Below are positions 17,872-27,598 of a stretch of DNA of 64,000 nt, piece by piece. The DNA is from Candidatus Poseidoniales archaeon (lineage in GTDB: Archaea > Thermoplasmatota > Poseidoniia > Poseidoniales > Thalassarchaeaceae), in assembly GCA_012964335.1 (NCBI GenBank), contig DTUF01000033.1:27306-91305 (forward strand). Reading direction: 5' to 3'. The notes under the pieces were generated by a model, which made no database searches, was not told where the DNA came from, and saw nothing but the letters and a program-made list of their open reading frames with translations. Position numbers and translations under genes: made by a program. How positions within the stretch are numbered: position 1 is the first letter of the stretch; every line of letters begins with the position of its first letter.

Positions 17872-19062
17872 CTATTCAAGGGGGAAATTCAACCACGCTT
17901 CAAAACGGCAAAGCCAATCTGATGAACTGTATTGCCGACGAGGAGTAATCTCAACCATTTGTTGGCCTTCAAGTGTTGGGGTTAGCAGGTTTTGTAACTC
18001 ATTTTGGAGTCTTGATATCTCATTCTCAGGTGTGACAAGCCAACCACGAACCAAGGTGGGTGAATCCCTTTTTAGTAGACTCAACAAGTGTGGTAAATGG
18101 TTCATTGTGTCATGCGGTAAGTTGACGAGTAACATGTCAAATTGGCCAGTAAACCGCTCATCATTTTTTAATTCCAACGCGTCTTGGATGCCAACGAAAT
18201 TGCCGTCTGCTAAGGTGGTTAAGCCATCAATTTGGCTGGCCTCAACTTTGATTCCATTGCGGCTCAAATTCTCGACAAGAAGTGGAATTGCATCTCCATT
18301 CAAGTCACTTGCAAGCAAATCACCAACCAAGTCGTCAACTTGTAGTAAATGGACTATAGCAGGGCCAACACCACAATACGGATCTGCGATATTTAGCGGC
18401 CGGCCTAACATCTCCCTGAGTTTTTTAGCAGCCTCAACATTTCTCACCCGCTCACCTTGTAGCCTAGGTGAAAAAAATGCTAATTGTGGATCTATCTGGA
18501 TTTGAACACCAAATTCCCGCACCAGCATTTTTGTTACCAACAAATTTTCCCTAGTAACATCTGCAAGTGATTCGATTGCATTCTTATCAAGGATTTCCCC
18601 ATCTAGTCTTGCCGCCAACGGCTGTAAATCTCGGATGCGGAATTCACCTGTTACCCCATGGTCACGAAAAACCGCGCGCACGGTTTTATGGTGGCTAATT
18701 TTCGCTAAGGCAACAGCTTGAGAAAACTCTTCAATTTGCCTTTCAATTTTGAAAACCAAAATATCTCCAAGTGGCTCTTGGGCATTGGGCCAAACCCCGT
18801 CGTGGAGGGTGATGGTCTGCTCATCGAGGAACTTTGGTAGGTGTTCTAACCAGTGTTGAGGGGGTCGTTCGGGTTGTTCTGCCTGTACTACTTCAAAATC
18901 ACTCAAAGACTCGGGAAGTTGACTTGGTGAATTATCTCCTAGAGGTAATAATCGATACTCTCCATCACTAATGACTCTCGACCATTCAGGGGCCCATTCA
19001 TAGCCATTGATGCACTCTAAAATAGACTGCGTTTGACGCTTCGGTACCCTCAAATGACGCAT
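17872..19062 (-). CDS. Trm5/Tyw2-family SAM-dependent tRNA methyltransferase.
   Basis: SAM-binding ADPYCGVGP, ASDLN, and the family NLP motif in FDMLLVNLPH. Confidence 0.6.
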   Translation of the reverse strand: MRHLRVPKRQTQSILECINGYEWAPEWSRVISDGEYRLLPLGDNSPSQLPESLSDFEVVQAEQPERPPQHWLEHLPKFLDEQTITLHDGVWPNAQEPLGDILVFKIERQIEEFSQAVALAKISHHKTVRAVFRDHGVTGEFRIRDLQPLAARLDGEILDKNAIESLADVTRENLLVTKMLVREFGVQIQIDPQLAFFSPRLQGERVRNVEAAKKLREMLGRPLNIADPYCGVGPAIVHLLQVDDLVGDLLASDLNGDAIPLLVENLSRNGIKVEASQIDGLTTLADGNFVGIQDALELKNDERFTGQFDMLLVNLPHDTMNHLPHLLSLLKRDSPTLVRGWLVTPENEISRLQNELQNLLTPTLEGQQMVEITPRRQYSSSDWLCRFEAWLNFPLE

Positions 19063-19116
19063 CTGTCTCGAACACGCGAGAAGCCTTGCTCGCTTGACGA
19101 TGACGGAGGATTGGTA

Positions 19117-19896
19117 ATGGTTGAATTAGACTCCGGATTGTGGTTAATTGGTCTAGGACCAGGGGATTTATCAGCCATGACTACTGCTGCTATTGAATCC
19201 GCAAAATCTTGTAAATATCGGTTTTTAGAGGGATATACCGCATTATTACCGCCAGATGAAGAGGGTAAACTTAGCGATATGGTGGGTGAATATGAGTTGC
19301 TAATGCGGCCAGATGTTGAAAACCCTGACCAATTATTGAAACTTGCTAGTAAATCTGCGGTTGCTTTGATGATAGTTGGGGACCCATTGCAAGCAACAAC
19401 TCATGTGGATTTACAGTTAAGGGCTAAGGCTGCTGGAATTACCTGCCATGTGGTTCATGGAATTTCAATTACAACAATTGTTACTGGTGCGGTTGGTTTG
19501 CAATCATACAGATTTGGTAGGCAAGTTACACTGGCATATCCCTACGGTGATTACCTCGCTACTTCACCGTTTGAATTAATTTTAGATAACCTACAGCGTG
19601 ACCTACACTCTCTTGTTCTACTCGACCTAGACCCAACAGGGATGGGTATTGATGAGCAAAAACCGATGAGTCCTGCTGTAGCTGTTGATGTACTACGGCG
19701 CTCTGCTGAAAAAGTGGGTGAAAATATTCAACAGTGGAAAATTGTTCTTTGCAGTGATATGGGGCGACCTGAACAACGTATTTTTTATGGTACTTTAGAT
19801 GATGTGAAATCCATCAATGATGGGTCAATTCATTGCGTTGTTATTCCAGGAAGATTGGATGAATTAGAGGCCGAAGCGCTATCCCGTTGGAATTAA
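19117..19896 (+). CDS. dphB: Diphthine synthase.
   Basis: Tetrapyrrole-methylase fold: LIGLGPGDLSAMT, VALMIVGDPLQATTH, HVVHGISI. ATG 19117 has GGAGG upstream and avoids overlap with the divergent Trm5 gene. The track ORF begins at 19033. Confidence 0.85.
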   Translation: MVELDSGLWLIGLGPGDLSAMTTAAIESAKSCKYRFLEGYTALLPPDEEGKLSDMVGEYELLMRPDVENPDQLLKLASKSAVALMIVGDPLQATTHVDLQLRAKAAGITCHVVHGISITTIVTGAVGLQSYRFGRQVTLAYPYGDYLATSPFELILDNLQRDLHSLVLLDLDPTGMGIDEQKPMSPAVAVDVLRRSAEKVGENIQQWKIVLCSDMGRPEQRIFYGTLDDVKSINDGSIHCVVIPGRLDELEAEALSRWN

Positions 19897-19952
19897 TGAG
19901 AGCCGTTGCCCTCAAGGGAGATGGGTGACTCGGAGGCTCGCGGGGAACTAAT

Positions 19953-21623
19953 ATGGCTGGACCTTCAGAAGTAGAATTCCCTGGTAAGAAAAAACAGAGA
20001 ATACGAATGCGTGGCACGAAAAGAGCTTCTGATTCGGTACAAAAACGCTTGCGAAAGAACCTAGATGTTATGTTAGAAGAGCCACATTCAATTCTCCCTA
20101 CAATTTCTGGTCGAACCTCTCGTGGTTTTGGTAGGCCAGATAAATTAAAAGCTTGTCTTAAAGATATTGAGAAAGTCATCAATAAACGAGAAGATAGGTC
20201 ATGGCTGCACAAACGGATGGCGGCGAGAAAGGGGGACCTAATTGCTCGAGCATTTGCTGGTTGTTTAGCAGCTGCACATGAAGATGAGTTTGAAACCGTG
20301 GCGATATTCAAGCATCCCGTATACGGTTCCTCCTCCTTTATTCGCCGTGGTAGTGGGAGGCCTGCTCATTTACTCGGCTTGCAGATGCACACCCATACTC
20401 GATTTAGATTGCTTGCATGGGAAGAATTAGCAAGGTCAGGTTACTGGTTTTTTTCATGGTCAAAGGATTTGATTTGCACGGGGCTTGAACCAACACCACC
20501 TGAAGAATGGGTGACCGAAGGGCTTTCCTCTTCGCCCTTAAAATTTGAAATAAATGATGAAGGGGTTTGGCATGCGGGAAATAGTGCAAGCAACATAGTG
20601 ATGAATTATTCAAATGGCTTGGTCGCTGAAATTAGCCTTGATGAATTAGCAAAAAACAAGGAATCGTTTGTGCAAAGTATTGCTCTTACTATGTCACCAC
20701 CGCGATTATCTGAAATAATGGAAGTTGAAGCTAATTATCGTCCTAATGGGTGGCCAGAAGGCTTGGAAATTAATCAAGAAACAATGGATTCATTGGCTAC
20801 AGTAATCCAACACTGGTTGCGTCTAGAAATTCCTGACGCTGGCCTTAAAACCCTTCTTCACAGTGCTTTTTGTGAAGAATTAGAAGAAGGATTAGTACTC
20901 AAAGAGGACTGGTTTGCAAATGATGATAAGGAAGGATTCTTACAAGCCCTGCAAGGAAGTAAGATTGAGTTAGAAGCTGTATCAATATTAATTGACGCGT
21001 TAGATGGTGGGGTTAGAGTAGATGCTGCTGGAGAAGCACATTGGCTGGCTAGCGAAGTGGTTCTCATGGCTGATGATAGCGCCCATTCCCTGCTCAAAGC
21101 GGCGTGGGGTAAATGCGGTTTAGATATCCTTGAGCAAATGTTTGACCTCACTGGAGATAAGGCCGAAAATATCTATGAACAACAACTGAACAGCCGTAAA
21201 GCCTTCAGCGGATTCTTAAGAAATCTTGACGAAAAACAGAGTAGTGTAAGAATGATGAGGAAATTCCCTTACGATTCAGAATCGCTACCTTCACCACTTA
21301 GTTTTGCTGATTCATTAATCAAAAGAGCCCACTCTGAAGGGGTCGGAAAAACCACAACAATGGCTAGGAAATCTGGTGGGGGGAGAAAATCTTCAATGGG
21401 TTGGGCATGGGTTTGCGTTCATGGTAAAGATGAGGGGGAATCGTGGCACTATGAACCAACAGTTCGCGACCTTGGAGGGGATTGGGTGCCAGCGCTAAGA
21501 TCGTTATGGGAAGCTAGTCAGATTATCATCAATGATGAAGGTAGTGATGATTATGTCAAGGCTATGGAATCTCTACGGAATGTTACTGGTACTATGGAAA
21601 ATCTACCAGAGCTGGTTCTCTAG
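19953..21623 (+). CDS. Hypothetical 556-aa protein with a strongly basic N-terminus. No recognisable domain.
   Basis: Long intact ORF. N-terminus KKKQRIRMRGTKRASDSVQKRLRK. I saw no catalytic or binding motif. Confidence 0.7.
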   Translation: MAGPSEVEFPGKKKQRIRMRGTKRASDSVQKRLRKNLDVMLEEPHSILPTISGRTSRGFGRPDKLKACLKDIEKVINKREDRSWLHKRMAARKGDLIARAFAGCLAAAHEDEFETVAIFKHPVYGSSSFIRRGSGRPAHLLGLQMHTHTRFRLLAWEELARSGYWFFSWSKDLICTGLEPTPPEEWVTEGLSSSPLKFEINDEGVWHAGNSASNIVMNYSNGLVAEISLDELAKNKESFVQSIALTMSPPRLSEIMEVEANYRPNGWPEGLEINQETMDSLATVIQHWLRLEIPDAGLKTLLHSAFCEELEEGLVLKEDWFANDDKEGFLQALQGSKIELEAVSILIDALDGGVRVDAAGEAHWLASEVVLMADDSAHSLLKAAWGKCGLDILEQMFDLTGDKAENIYEQQLNSRKAFSGFLRNLDEKQSSVRMMRKFPYDSESLPSPLSFADSLIKRAHSEGVGKTTTMARKSGGGRKSSMGWAWVCVHGKDEGESWHYEPTVRDLGGDWVPALRSLWEASQIIINDEGSDDYVKAMESLRNVTGTMENLPELVL

Positions 21624-21628
21624 TTCAT

Positions 21629-21955
21629 TTATCCGCCAACCTGTTTTTTAACCCAATCAGAGTATTCTGAACTTGATTGTTCAATTCTGTGAACTATTTG
21701 TGGTACCTCATAAGGATGATTTTCAATTAAAGTTGAAATTACAGATTCTTGACGATTGATTGTCGTTTTGATAGTTAAACGCCATTCATCCTCAGACACA
21801 ATTTCACCTTCCCATGAATATGTTGAATTGATTTTTTCACTTTGAACACAAGCCGCTAATTGTTGAGATATTAATTTCGTTTTCAACTCTGTAATTTGTT
21901 CTGTAGACCATTCAATTGGCAGAGTGGTGGTAACTACTACGATACTCGCCATCAA
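21629..21955 (-). CDS. cutA: CutA divalent-cation tolerance protein.
   Basis: 108 aa. AACVQ...STYSWEGEI...EWRLTIKT...HPYEVPQIV matches the CutA1 pattern. Confidence 0.85.
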   Translation of the reverse strand: MMASIVVVTTTLPIEWSTEQITELKTKLISQQLAACVQSEKINSTYSWEGEIVSEDEWRLTIKTTINRQESVISTLIENHPYEVPQIVHRIEQSSSEYSDWVKKQVGG

Positions 21956-22133
21956 TCATTAGCGGGAAGTAGGTAGTGCATCAATCTACGCTATCTGAAA
22001 AGAGGAATCAAGCGAACCATTGAAGGGCGATGTGCGGGCGTAGGTTGGAAGGGTGAAACGATGAAGGCTTCGTGGACCAAGCCAATCATCACTGGGGATG
22101 TGCCAAATGATGGTTCATCTTTCGATGTAATCG

Positions 22134-23438
22134 TTGTTGGGGGGGGGGCCTGGTGGCTCTGCTGCCGCGGCCTATGCAGCAATAGATGGATGTCGCGTAC
22201 TTTTACTTGAAAAGGCAGTCTATCCAAGAGACAAGATTTGCGGCGATGCAGTGGGTGGAAAGTCCCTCAAACACGTCGAAGAACTTGGAGTCAAACCATT
22301 AGTTGAATCTACACCACACAACCGAGTAACTGGAATTGTATTTTCATCTGCAAATGGTCAGCAAATACATTGCTCGTTGCCCGAAGAAGAAATTGAAAAT
22401 AAAGAGGCTGGTTATGCTCTACCCCGTATACAGTTTGACTACATGATGTTCTCCCGGGCGAATGATTTAGTGTTGGAAAATGGTGGCTCGGTAATTCAAG
22501 ATTTTCCGGTAACAAATGTTGATGTGATTGGCGAAGGAGATTCACAGAAAATAGTTGGAGTCACTGGAACTATTGGAGGGAAGCGCTCAAAAAATGATCC
22601 TCTCACTTTTACTGCACCACTTACTATCGGGGCTGGTGGTTACACCTGCCCAGTAGCAAAAGCCGTTACTGAAATCTGCCATAATGAACCGATGCGAGAT
22701 GACCTGCACTATTGTGGCGCATATCGTGAATATTGGGTTGATGTTGGGGGTTGTGAAGGTAATAAAATGCCAATTGAAATACATTTCATCAAAGAGGTAA
22801 TTCCAGGTTATTGGTGGATTTTCCCTGTTGGAGTTAATGATGAAGGTAAGACTGTAGTCAATGTTGGAATTGGTATGGTCATCAATGAGATGAATAAACA
22901 ATCAGTGAAACTTAAGAAACTGCAAAAGTGGGTAATTGAGGAGCACCCTGTCTTCTCAGAGCGATTCAAGAATGCAACCATGATCAAAGGAAGTGGAAAG
23001 GGGCATCAGTTACCATTTGGGAGCCCAAGAAAAGATGCCCCATCCTTCCAACCCCGGCGCTCGGCCATGGCTGGTGCAATTTGTGTGGGCGACGCTGCTT
23101 CACTCGTTGATCCATTCTCTGGAGAAGGAATTGGAAATGCCCTTGTTAGTTCCAAAATCGCTGTTTCGATTTTTGATAAAGAGAAACATGCGGATGGATT
23201 ACCAATAGAAGTTGCTGACGCATATATGCAAGAGTTATGGGAAACTCTTGGGGCTGAATTAACTAACAGTTTCAAAATGCAAAAAATGGTGAGAAAAACT
23301 TGGTTAATGAATTGGGTTCTGAAGAAAGCGAATAAGAAGGCTGCGGTCAAAGACATGCTAGAACAATCTCTTTCATCGAAGGAAGCACAAGAAGAAATGA
23401 AGAGCACCTGGAATCTTATAAAATTACTATTATTCTGA
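22134..23438 (+). CDS. Geranylgeranyl reductase family flavoprotein (digeranylgeranylglycerophospholipid reductase-like). Its true N-terminus appears to lie in another frame starting at ATG 22061.
   Basis: GGGPGGSAAAAYA, KICGDAVGG, PGYWWIFP and VGDAASLVDPFSGEGIGNAL. See the frameshift feature below. Confidence 0.85.
   Translation: MLGGGPGGSAAAAYAAIDGCRVLLLEKAVYPRDKICGDAVGGKSLKHVEELGVKPLVESTPHNRVTGIVFSSANGQQIHCSLPEEEIENKEAGYALPRIQFDYMMFSRANDLVLENGGSVIQDFPVTNVDVIGEGDSQKIVGVTGTIGGKRSKNDPLTFTAPLTIGAGGYTCPVAKAVTEICHNEPMRDDLHYCGAYREYWVDVGGCEGNKMPIEIHFIKEVIPGYWWIFPVGVNDEGKTVVNVGIGMVINEMNKQSVKLKKLQKWVIEEHPVFSERFKNATMIKGSGKGHQLPFGSPRKDAPSFQPRRSAMAGAICVGDAASLVDPFSGEGIGNALVSSKIAVSIFDKEKHADGLPIEVADAYMQELWETLGAELTNSFKMQKMVRKTWLMNWVLKKANKKAAVKDMLEQSLSSKEAQEEMKSTWNLIKLLLF
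22139..22148 (+). other. G10 homopolymer causing an apparent +1 frameshift in the geranylgeranyl reductase gene.
   Basis: ATG 22061, with GGTGA at 22052-22056, reads MKASWTKPIITGDVPNDGSSFDVIVVGGG and then runs out of frame to TGA at 22208-22210. The main ORF continues GGGPGGSAAAAY in the other frame. Removing one G restores DVIVVGGGPGGSAAA. Confidence 0.85.
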
Positions 23439-23447
23439 GGTAATAGA

Positions 23448-24221
23448 ATGGATAAATCACTGGATGGAATTAGGGTAGTTTTCCTTGACCTTGATGGAAC
23501 CATCTATCTTGGAGATAACTTAATTGATGGTTCACTTGAATTTCTAAATAGATGTGAAAAAAAAGGTATTCAACGCTTCTTTCTGTCAAATAATTCCTCA
23601 AAATCTGTTGCTGAATATTTGGCAAAATTGCATGGACTTGGAATCCCTGCAGAAGCAAATGATGTGTTACTCTCAACTCACGACCTACTCTCCTGGTTAG
23701 GTAATGAAGAGGTTACTGAAACCTTCCTCGTTGGTACCGGGGGGATGCGTTCAATGCTTGAAGCGGTTGGGATTTCAACACGTAGTAACGAGCCTCAATA
23801 CGTAGTACTTGGCTATGACACTCAAATTGATTATGAGAAATTAGCAACGGCATCAATTCACCTTCACAATAAGGTTCCCTTAGTAGCATCACACCCTGAT
23901 ATGGTCTGCCCTTCTCCTGATGGGGAGCTGCCGGATGTTGGCGCTTATCTCGCTCTTTTCAAAGCTACGACGGGGGTTGAACCAACTCATATTTGTGGCA
24001 AACCAAACGCTGGAATGATACTGCACAAGATTGAGGAATTGGATTTACAACCTTCACAGTGTGCAATGGTGGGAGACCGCCTTTACACTGACATGGAAAT
24101 GGCTGAACGTGCCGGTGCTGTTGGTGTTCTCGTTCTTTCAGGTGAAGCAACTCTTGATGATTTAGAAACAGCACTACAAACTCCAGCCGTTGTGGTGAAT
24201 TCTGTTGCTGAATTACTCTAG
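23448..24221 (+). CDS. HAD-superfamily subfamily IIA phosphatase (NagD-like).
   Basis: FLDLDGTIY, SNNSS, GKPN and MVGDRLYTDMEMA motifs. Confidence 0.8.
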   Translation: MDKSLDGIRVVFLDLDGTIYLGDNLIDGSLEFLNRCEKKGIQRFFLSNNSSKSVAEYLAKLHGLGIPAEANDVLLSTHDLLSWLGNEEVTETFLVGTGGMRSMLEAVGISTRSNEPQYVVLGYDTQIDYEKLATASIHLHNKVPLVASHPDMVCPSPDGELPDVGAYLALFKATTGVEPTHICGKPNAGMILHKIEELDLQPSQCAMVGDRLYTDMEMAERAGAVGVLVLSGEATLDDLETALQTPAVVVNSVAELL

Positions 24222-24242
24222 ACTCTGTGGCGTTGGGTTTTC

Positions 24243-25295
24243 ATGCTACAAGGATTGCGCGTGGCAATGGACGAAGTAGTGTTGGTCACCGGTGCTAGTG
24301 GATATATTGGTAGTCACATTGTTGCTAATCTACTTGCTAGGGGACGAATTGTACGTGCGGCACTAAGGGCACCGGATGACCCAGAAAGGGTGGACCATTT
24401 ACTGGCTCTTCCTATTGGCGAAGGTGGTTCACTAGATGTTGTCAAAATGGATCTTTTTGATGCTGATGAAGTAAATGCTGCGGTCGCTGGTTGCAGTGAT
24501 GTGATACACGCTGCTGCTGCTCTTTATGTCGGTAAATCTGACCCGCAAAAAGATGTGGTGGACCCATCATTAATTGGTACTCAAAATATCTGTGATGCAA
24601 TTGATGCAACAGATTCTGTAAAACGACTTGTTCACACCTCATCTACTGCCGCTATTAGGCCAACAAAATATGAAGATGGAGTTTGTTTTACATCTGAATC
24701 TTGGGCTGATGATGCGACTGTTGAGAATAATGCGTATGGATTAGCCAAGGCTGGTGCTGAAAAATTGGTCAGAGAATGGCACGCCAACAAGGATGAAAAT
24801 ACTCGCCCTCGGCTTGTCACCATTCACCCGTGTGTTGTATTTGGTCCTCCATTATCAAAGCGACATTTGGGAGGTAGCCTTTCGTATATTGAAGCGCTGT
24901 ATAAGCGCACGATGCCAAAATCACTTCCAGTTCATATCAACATTGTAGATGTTCGAGATGTTGCTGAATCACACGTTCGAGCACTGACTGAAGGCGAGCC
25001 CTGCGGTAGATATTTGGTAATTGGTGGCGACATGTGGATGAAGGATGTGGCTGATATTTTACGAACTGCTTACCCAGAGAGAAAATGGCCAAAGGGGGTT
25101 CTTCCTTACTCTATCTGCTTGATTGCGGCTATGTTTCACCCAAAAATTAGTATGAAATGGGCTAGGGAGTCACTACGGCGGCATTGCACATATGATGCGA
25201 CTCCAGCAAAACAAGAGTTATCAATGGTGTTCAGACCAATAAATGAATCAATAATTGACTCAATCCCACCAATTATTGACAATAGCTGGGCATGA
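24243..25295 (+). CDS. Extended-SDR NAD(P)-dependent reductase/epimerase (cinnamoyl-CoA/dihydroflavonol reductase-like).
   Basis: VTGASGYIGSH Rossmann motif and YGLAKAGAEK (YxxxK). Confidence 0.75.
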   Translation: MLQGLRVAMDEVVLVTGASGYIGSHIVANLLARGRIVRAALRAPDDPERVDHLLALPIGEGGSLDVVKMDLFDADEVNAAVAGCSDVIHAAAALYVGKSDPQKDVVDPSLIGTQNICDAIDATDSVKRLVHTSSTAAIRPTKYEDGVCFTSESWADDATVENNAYGLAKAGAEKLVREWHANKDENTRPRLVTIHPCVVFGPPLSKRHLGGSLSYIEALYKRTMPKSLPVHINIVDVRDVAESHVRALTEGEPCGRYLVIGGDMWMKDVADILRTAYPERKWPKGVLPYSICLIAAMFHPKISMKWARESLRRHCTYDATPAKQELSMVFRPINESIIDSIPPIIDNSWA

Positions 25296-25332
25296 GGAAA
25301 CTTTGAGGGATGTCGCCCTGCCCACTCGCTTG

Positions 25333-26139
25333 ATGCAACCTAGCGAAGTGTGGGGTGAGCGATGGAATTCAAACCCTAATCCACTAGCAAGGCAATGGAT
25401 GGAAACTGTAGTCAGTAAACAAAGCATGGTGGTCTTAGCGGCTGACCGCTATACTATGGCAGGCCTAACTGAATTGCTTGAGGATGTTAGCCCATATGTG
25501 GCGGCGCTCAAAACTCATGTTGATTTAGTTGAAGATTGGAAAGCAGAAAGTTGGGCTGAATTTTGTAATAAGGCTAAAGACGCTGACATGTTAATATTTG
25601 AAGATAGGAAACATGGTGATATTGGTAAAATTGCTCGTGACCAAATGGGTGGGGTGTATGACTCTCGCTCTTGGGCTGACTTGATGACTGCTCACTTAAT
25701 CTCTGGTCCATCTGTACTTGATGGAATGGCTGAAGGGTGGGGAAATGTTGGACGGCATGGTGGAGTTCTTTTGCTTGCTCAGATGAGTAGTGCTGGCAAT
25801 CTTTTGGAGATTCCAGGATATACTGATGCTGTTGTTGAAGCTGGAAAAGAACATCCTGCTTGCTTTGGTTTCATTGGCAATGGTTCGCGGGCTGATGAGT
25901 TAGCAGAATTACGTAAAAAAGTTGGTGAAGTCAAGATGATTTGGACACCAGGTGTTAATCTAGTAACCGGAGATGCTGAACTTGGTCAGCGATATGGTGA
26001 CCCGACTGAAGCAGTTTTAGCGGGTTCTGATGGAATCATTGTTGGAAGCGGAATTCATCGCGCGGACAATCCAACTGAGGCGGCAAAATCGTATGCAGAT
26101 GTTTCTTGGAATGCTTTACTTCAGCGCAGTGGTCTTTGA
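25333..26139 (+). CDS. pyrF: Orotidine 5'-phosphate decarboxylase (eukaryote/URA3-like type).
   Basis: ALKTHVDLV, FEDRKHGDIGKIA and LLLAQMSSAGNL. ATG 25333 removes the overlap with the preceding gene. The track ORF starts at 25255. Confidence 0.85.
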   Translation: MQPSEVWGERWNSNPNPLARQWMETVVSKQSMVVLAADRYTMAGLTELLEDVSPYVAALKTHVDLVEDWKAESWAEFCNKAKDADMLIFEDRKHGDIGKIARDQMGGVYDSRSWADLMTAHLISGPSVLDGMAEGWGNVGRHGGVLLLAQMSSAGNLLEIPGYTDAVVEAGKEHPACFGFIGNGSRADELAELRKKVGEVKMIWTPGVNLVTGDAELGQRYGDPTEAVLAGSDGIIVGSGIHRADNPTEAAKSYADVSWNALLQRSGL

Positions 26140-26148
26140 AGCGGAAGA

Positions 26149-26487
26149 TTGACAGGAGTCTATGCTTCTCCAATTCTCATGGGGGAAGGTGATATTGTGC
26201 TGTGGATGGTTGCCGCTGCTATCACTGTTGGACTCATTTTAGTCGCCGGATGGCAAGTTTGGATTCACAGCCAATTAGACGCAAGAATTGCCGCTTGTGA
26301 CCCTGGGTTACTGAGTAGTGTGTCACATAAAGTGGAAACTTCAACTGATGCTCCTGTTGGTTCTGTTGTTGTACCTTATGTTCCAGTTCAATTAGTTCCA
26401 CTCAATGTACTGAATACCCCTATTGAGGTCCATCAACCACAACTTGAATCACACCAACAATCGTTGTTGAATGAACCTAAATTCTGA
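26149..26487 (+). CDS. Small single-pass membrane protein, hypothetical.
   Basis: 112-aa ORF with TM segment IVLWMVAAAITVGLILVAGWQVW and a non-ATG start in the track. Confidence 0.4.
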   Translation: MTGVYASPILMGEGDIVLWMVAAAITVGLILVAGWQVWIHSQLDARIAACDPGLLSSVSHKVETSTDAPVGSVVVPYVPVQLVPLNVLNTPIEVHQPQLESHQQSLLNEPKF

Positions 26488-27171
26488 CTACAATGGGATA
26501 TATCCCATAGTATACAACCCATAACTAATCGCTCCAGCAGAACCGAAGAACAACAATATTGCCAGCATTAACAATCTTTTACCCTTCTTTCTTCGCTTAG
26601 GTGGTGGGCCCAATGCCGGTAAAGCAGAGGGGGGTGGGGGTTCGGGTAACCCATCTAATTCAATGGTTACCTCAACATCAGCATCAACATCTGGATACAA
26701 CTGGTCAAGATCTTCAATCCCCGGTGCATCTGGTATGTCTCCCATAACCAAATCCCAAACCTCATCTATTGAAGATTGAGTAACCGGTTTTTGAAGTAAT
26801 GCAACAGCGCCGGCACTAAATGCTGCATCTTCAGCTAACTCTAACTTGTTTCGTGGTGTGGTAAAAATGACTCTTGTGTCCTGCCTAGATTCTCTCATTT
26901 CTAAAGCTGCTACATGACCATCAAGGCCTGGGATATCCAAAGAAATGATGACTAAATCGGGTTGCTCCGTGATGAAAAGGTCAACTGCTTTATCTCCGTT
27001 TTTGCATTCTATTATACGATAATTTCTCTGCCGGAATATCTCATTCATGCGATATAATGCCATCTCGTTGTTATCAACTAACAGCGCGAGGGGGGCTTCT
27101 TCATCGGTGACTTCAGTAACTCGGACCATTGGCTCCCCTCCTTTACAGGCCACAATTGTTGTACACATCAA
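26488..27171 (-). CDS. Stand-alone response-regulator receiver (CheY-like) domain with a C-terminal membrane anchor.
   Basis: Phospho-acceptor region DLVIISLDIPGLDG, VIFTT, and LLQKP. These are followed by a Pro-rich linker, KRRKKGKR, and TM LLMLAILLFFGSAGAISYGLY. Confidence 0.65.
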   Translation of the reverse strand: MMCTTIVACKGGEPMVRVTEVTDEEAPLALLVDNNEMALYRMNEIFRQRNYRIIECKNGDKAVDLFITEQPDLVIISLDIPGLDGHVAALEMRESRQDTRVIFTTPRNKLELAEDAAFSAGAVALLQKPVTQSSIDEVWDLVMGDIPDAPGIEDLDQLYPDVDADVEVTIELDGLPEPPPPSALPALGPPPKRRKKGKRLLMLAILLFFGSAGAISYGLYTMGYIPL

Positions 27172-27181
27172 AGGAACGGTA

Positions 27182-27565
27182 TCATTCCTCTTCTGATTTC
27201 ACTTCATCAGTGAGTACTTCTGCAGGTGCTTCAGATGGTTCTGTGAAAGTCTTTTTCAATTCTTCAGCATCTTGTTCTTCGGCTTTTTTGGTAGCAATAT
27301 CTTTGGGTGCTTGCACAAATGTCATACGCATTTCAGTAACGATTCCTTTGAGCAAATTGGTTTCCATTTCGTCAATATTTCCTTCAGTTCGCTTCTGAAT
27401 AACTGCAATCAAATCAATGGCCGCTTTTGCTTCTGCGATGTTTACTGAATGATTTCCTTCGTGGTCCGGCATTTTACCAAGCGCAACTAGGGCTGAGCGT
27501 TGTAACATTTGGATTAAACCAAAGAATTGTTGGCTTTCTTCGCTCTGTAAAAATTCATCAGCCAT
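27182..27565 (-). CDS. DUF1844-like small acidic protein.
   Basis: FFGLIQMLQRSALVALG...AEAKAAIDLIAVIQKRTEGNI resembles the DUF1844 pattern (from memory). Confidence 0.55.
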   Translation of the reverse strand: MADEFLQSEESQQFFGLIQMLQRSALVALGKMPDHEGNHSVNIAEAKAAIDLIAVIQKRTEGNIDEMETNLLKGIVTEMRMTFVQAPKDIATKKAEEQDAEELKKTFTEPSEAPAEVLTDEVKSEEE

Positions 27566-27598
27566 TGTTAATCACCTTCAAAACATGCTAATCTTCAC

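Noticed and set aside
17654-18505. 283-aa plus-strand ORF spanning the adhesin start and the Trm5 gene.
   Set aside because: It is antisense to two well-supported minus-strand genes. Its Ser-rich, low-complexity translation has no motifs, which is typical of a shadow ORF.
19841-20311. 156-aa minus-strand ORF overlapping dphB and the 556-aa hypothetical gene.
   Set aside because: It overlaps two plus-strand genes and the gap between them, has no motifs, and has an Arg/Ser-rich shadow composition.
23006-23503. 165-aa minus-strand ORF.
   Set aside because: It is antisense to the C-terminal part of the geranylgeranyl reductase gene and the HAD gene start.
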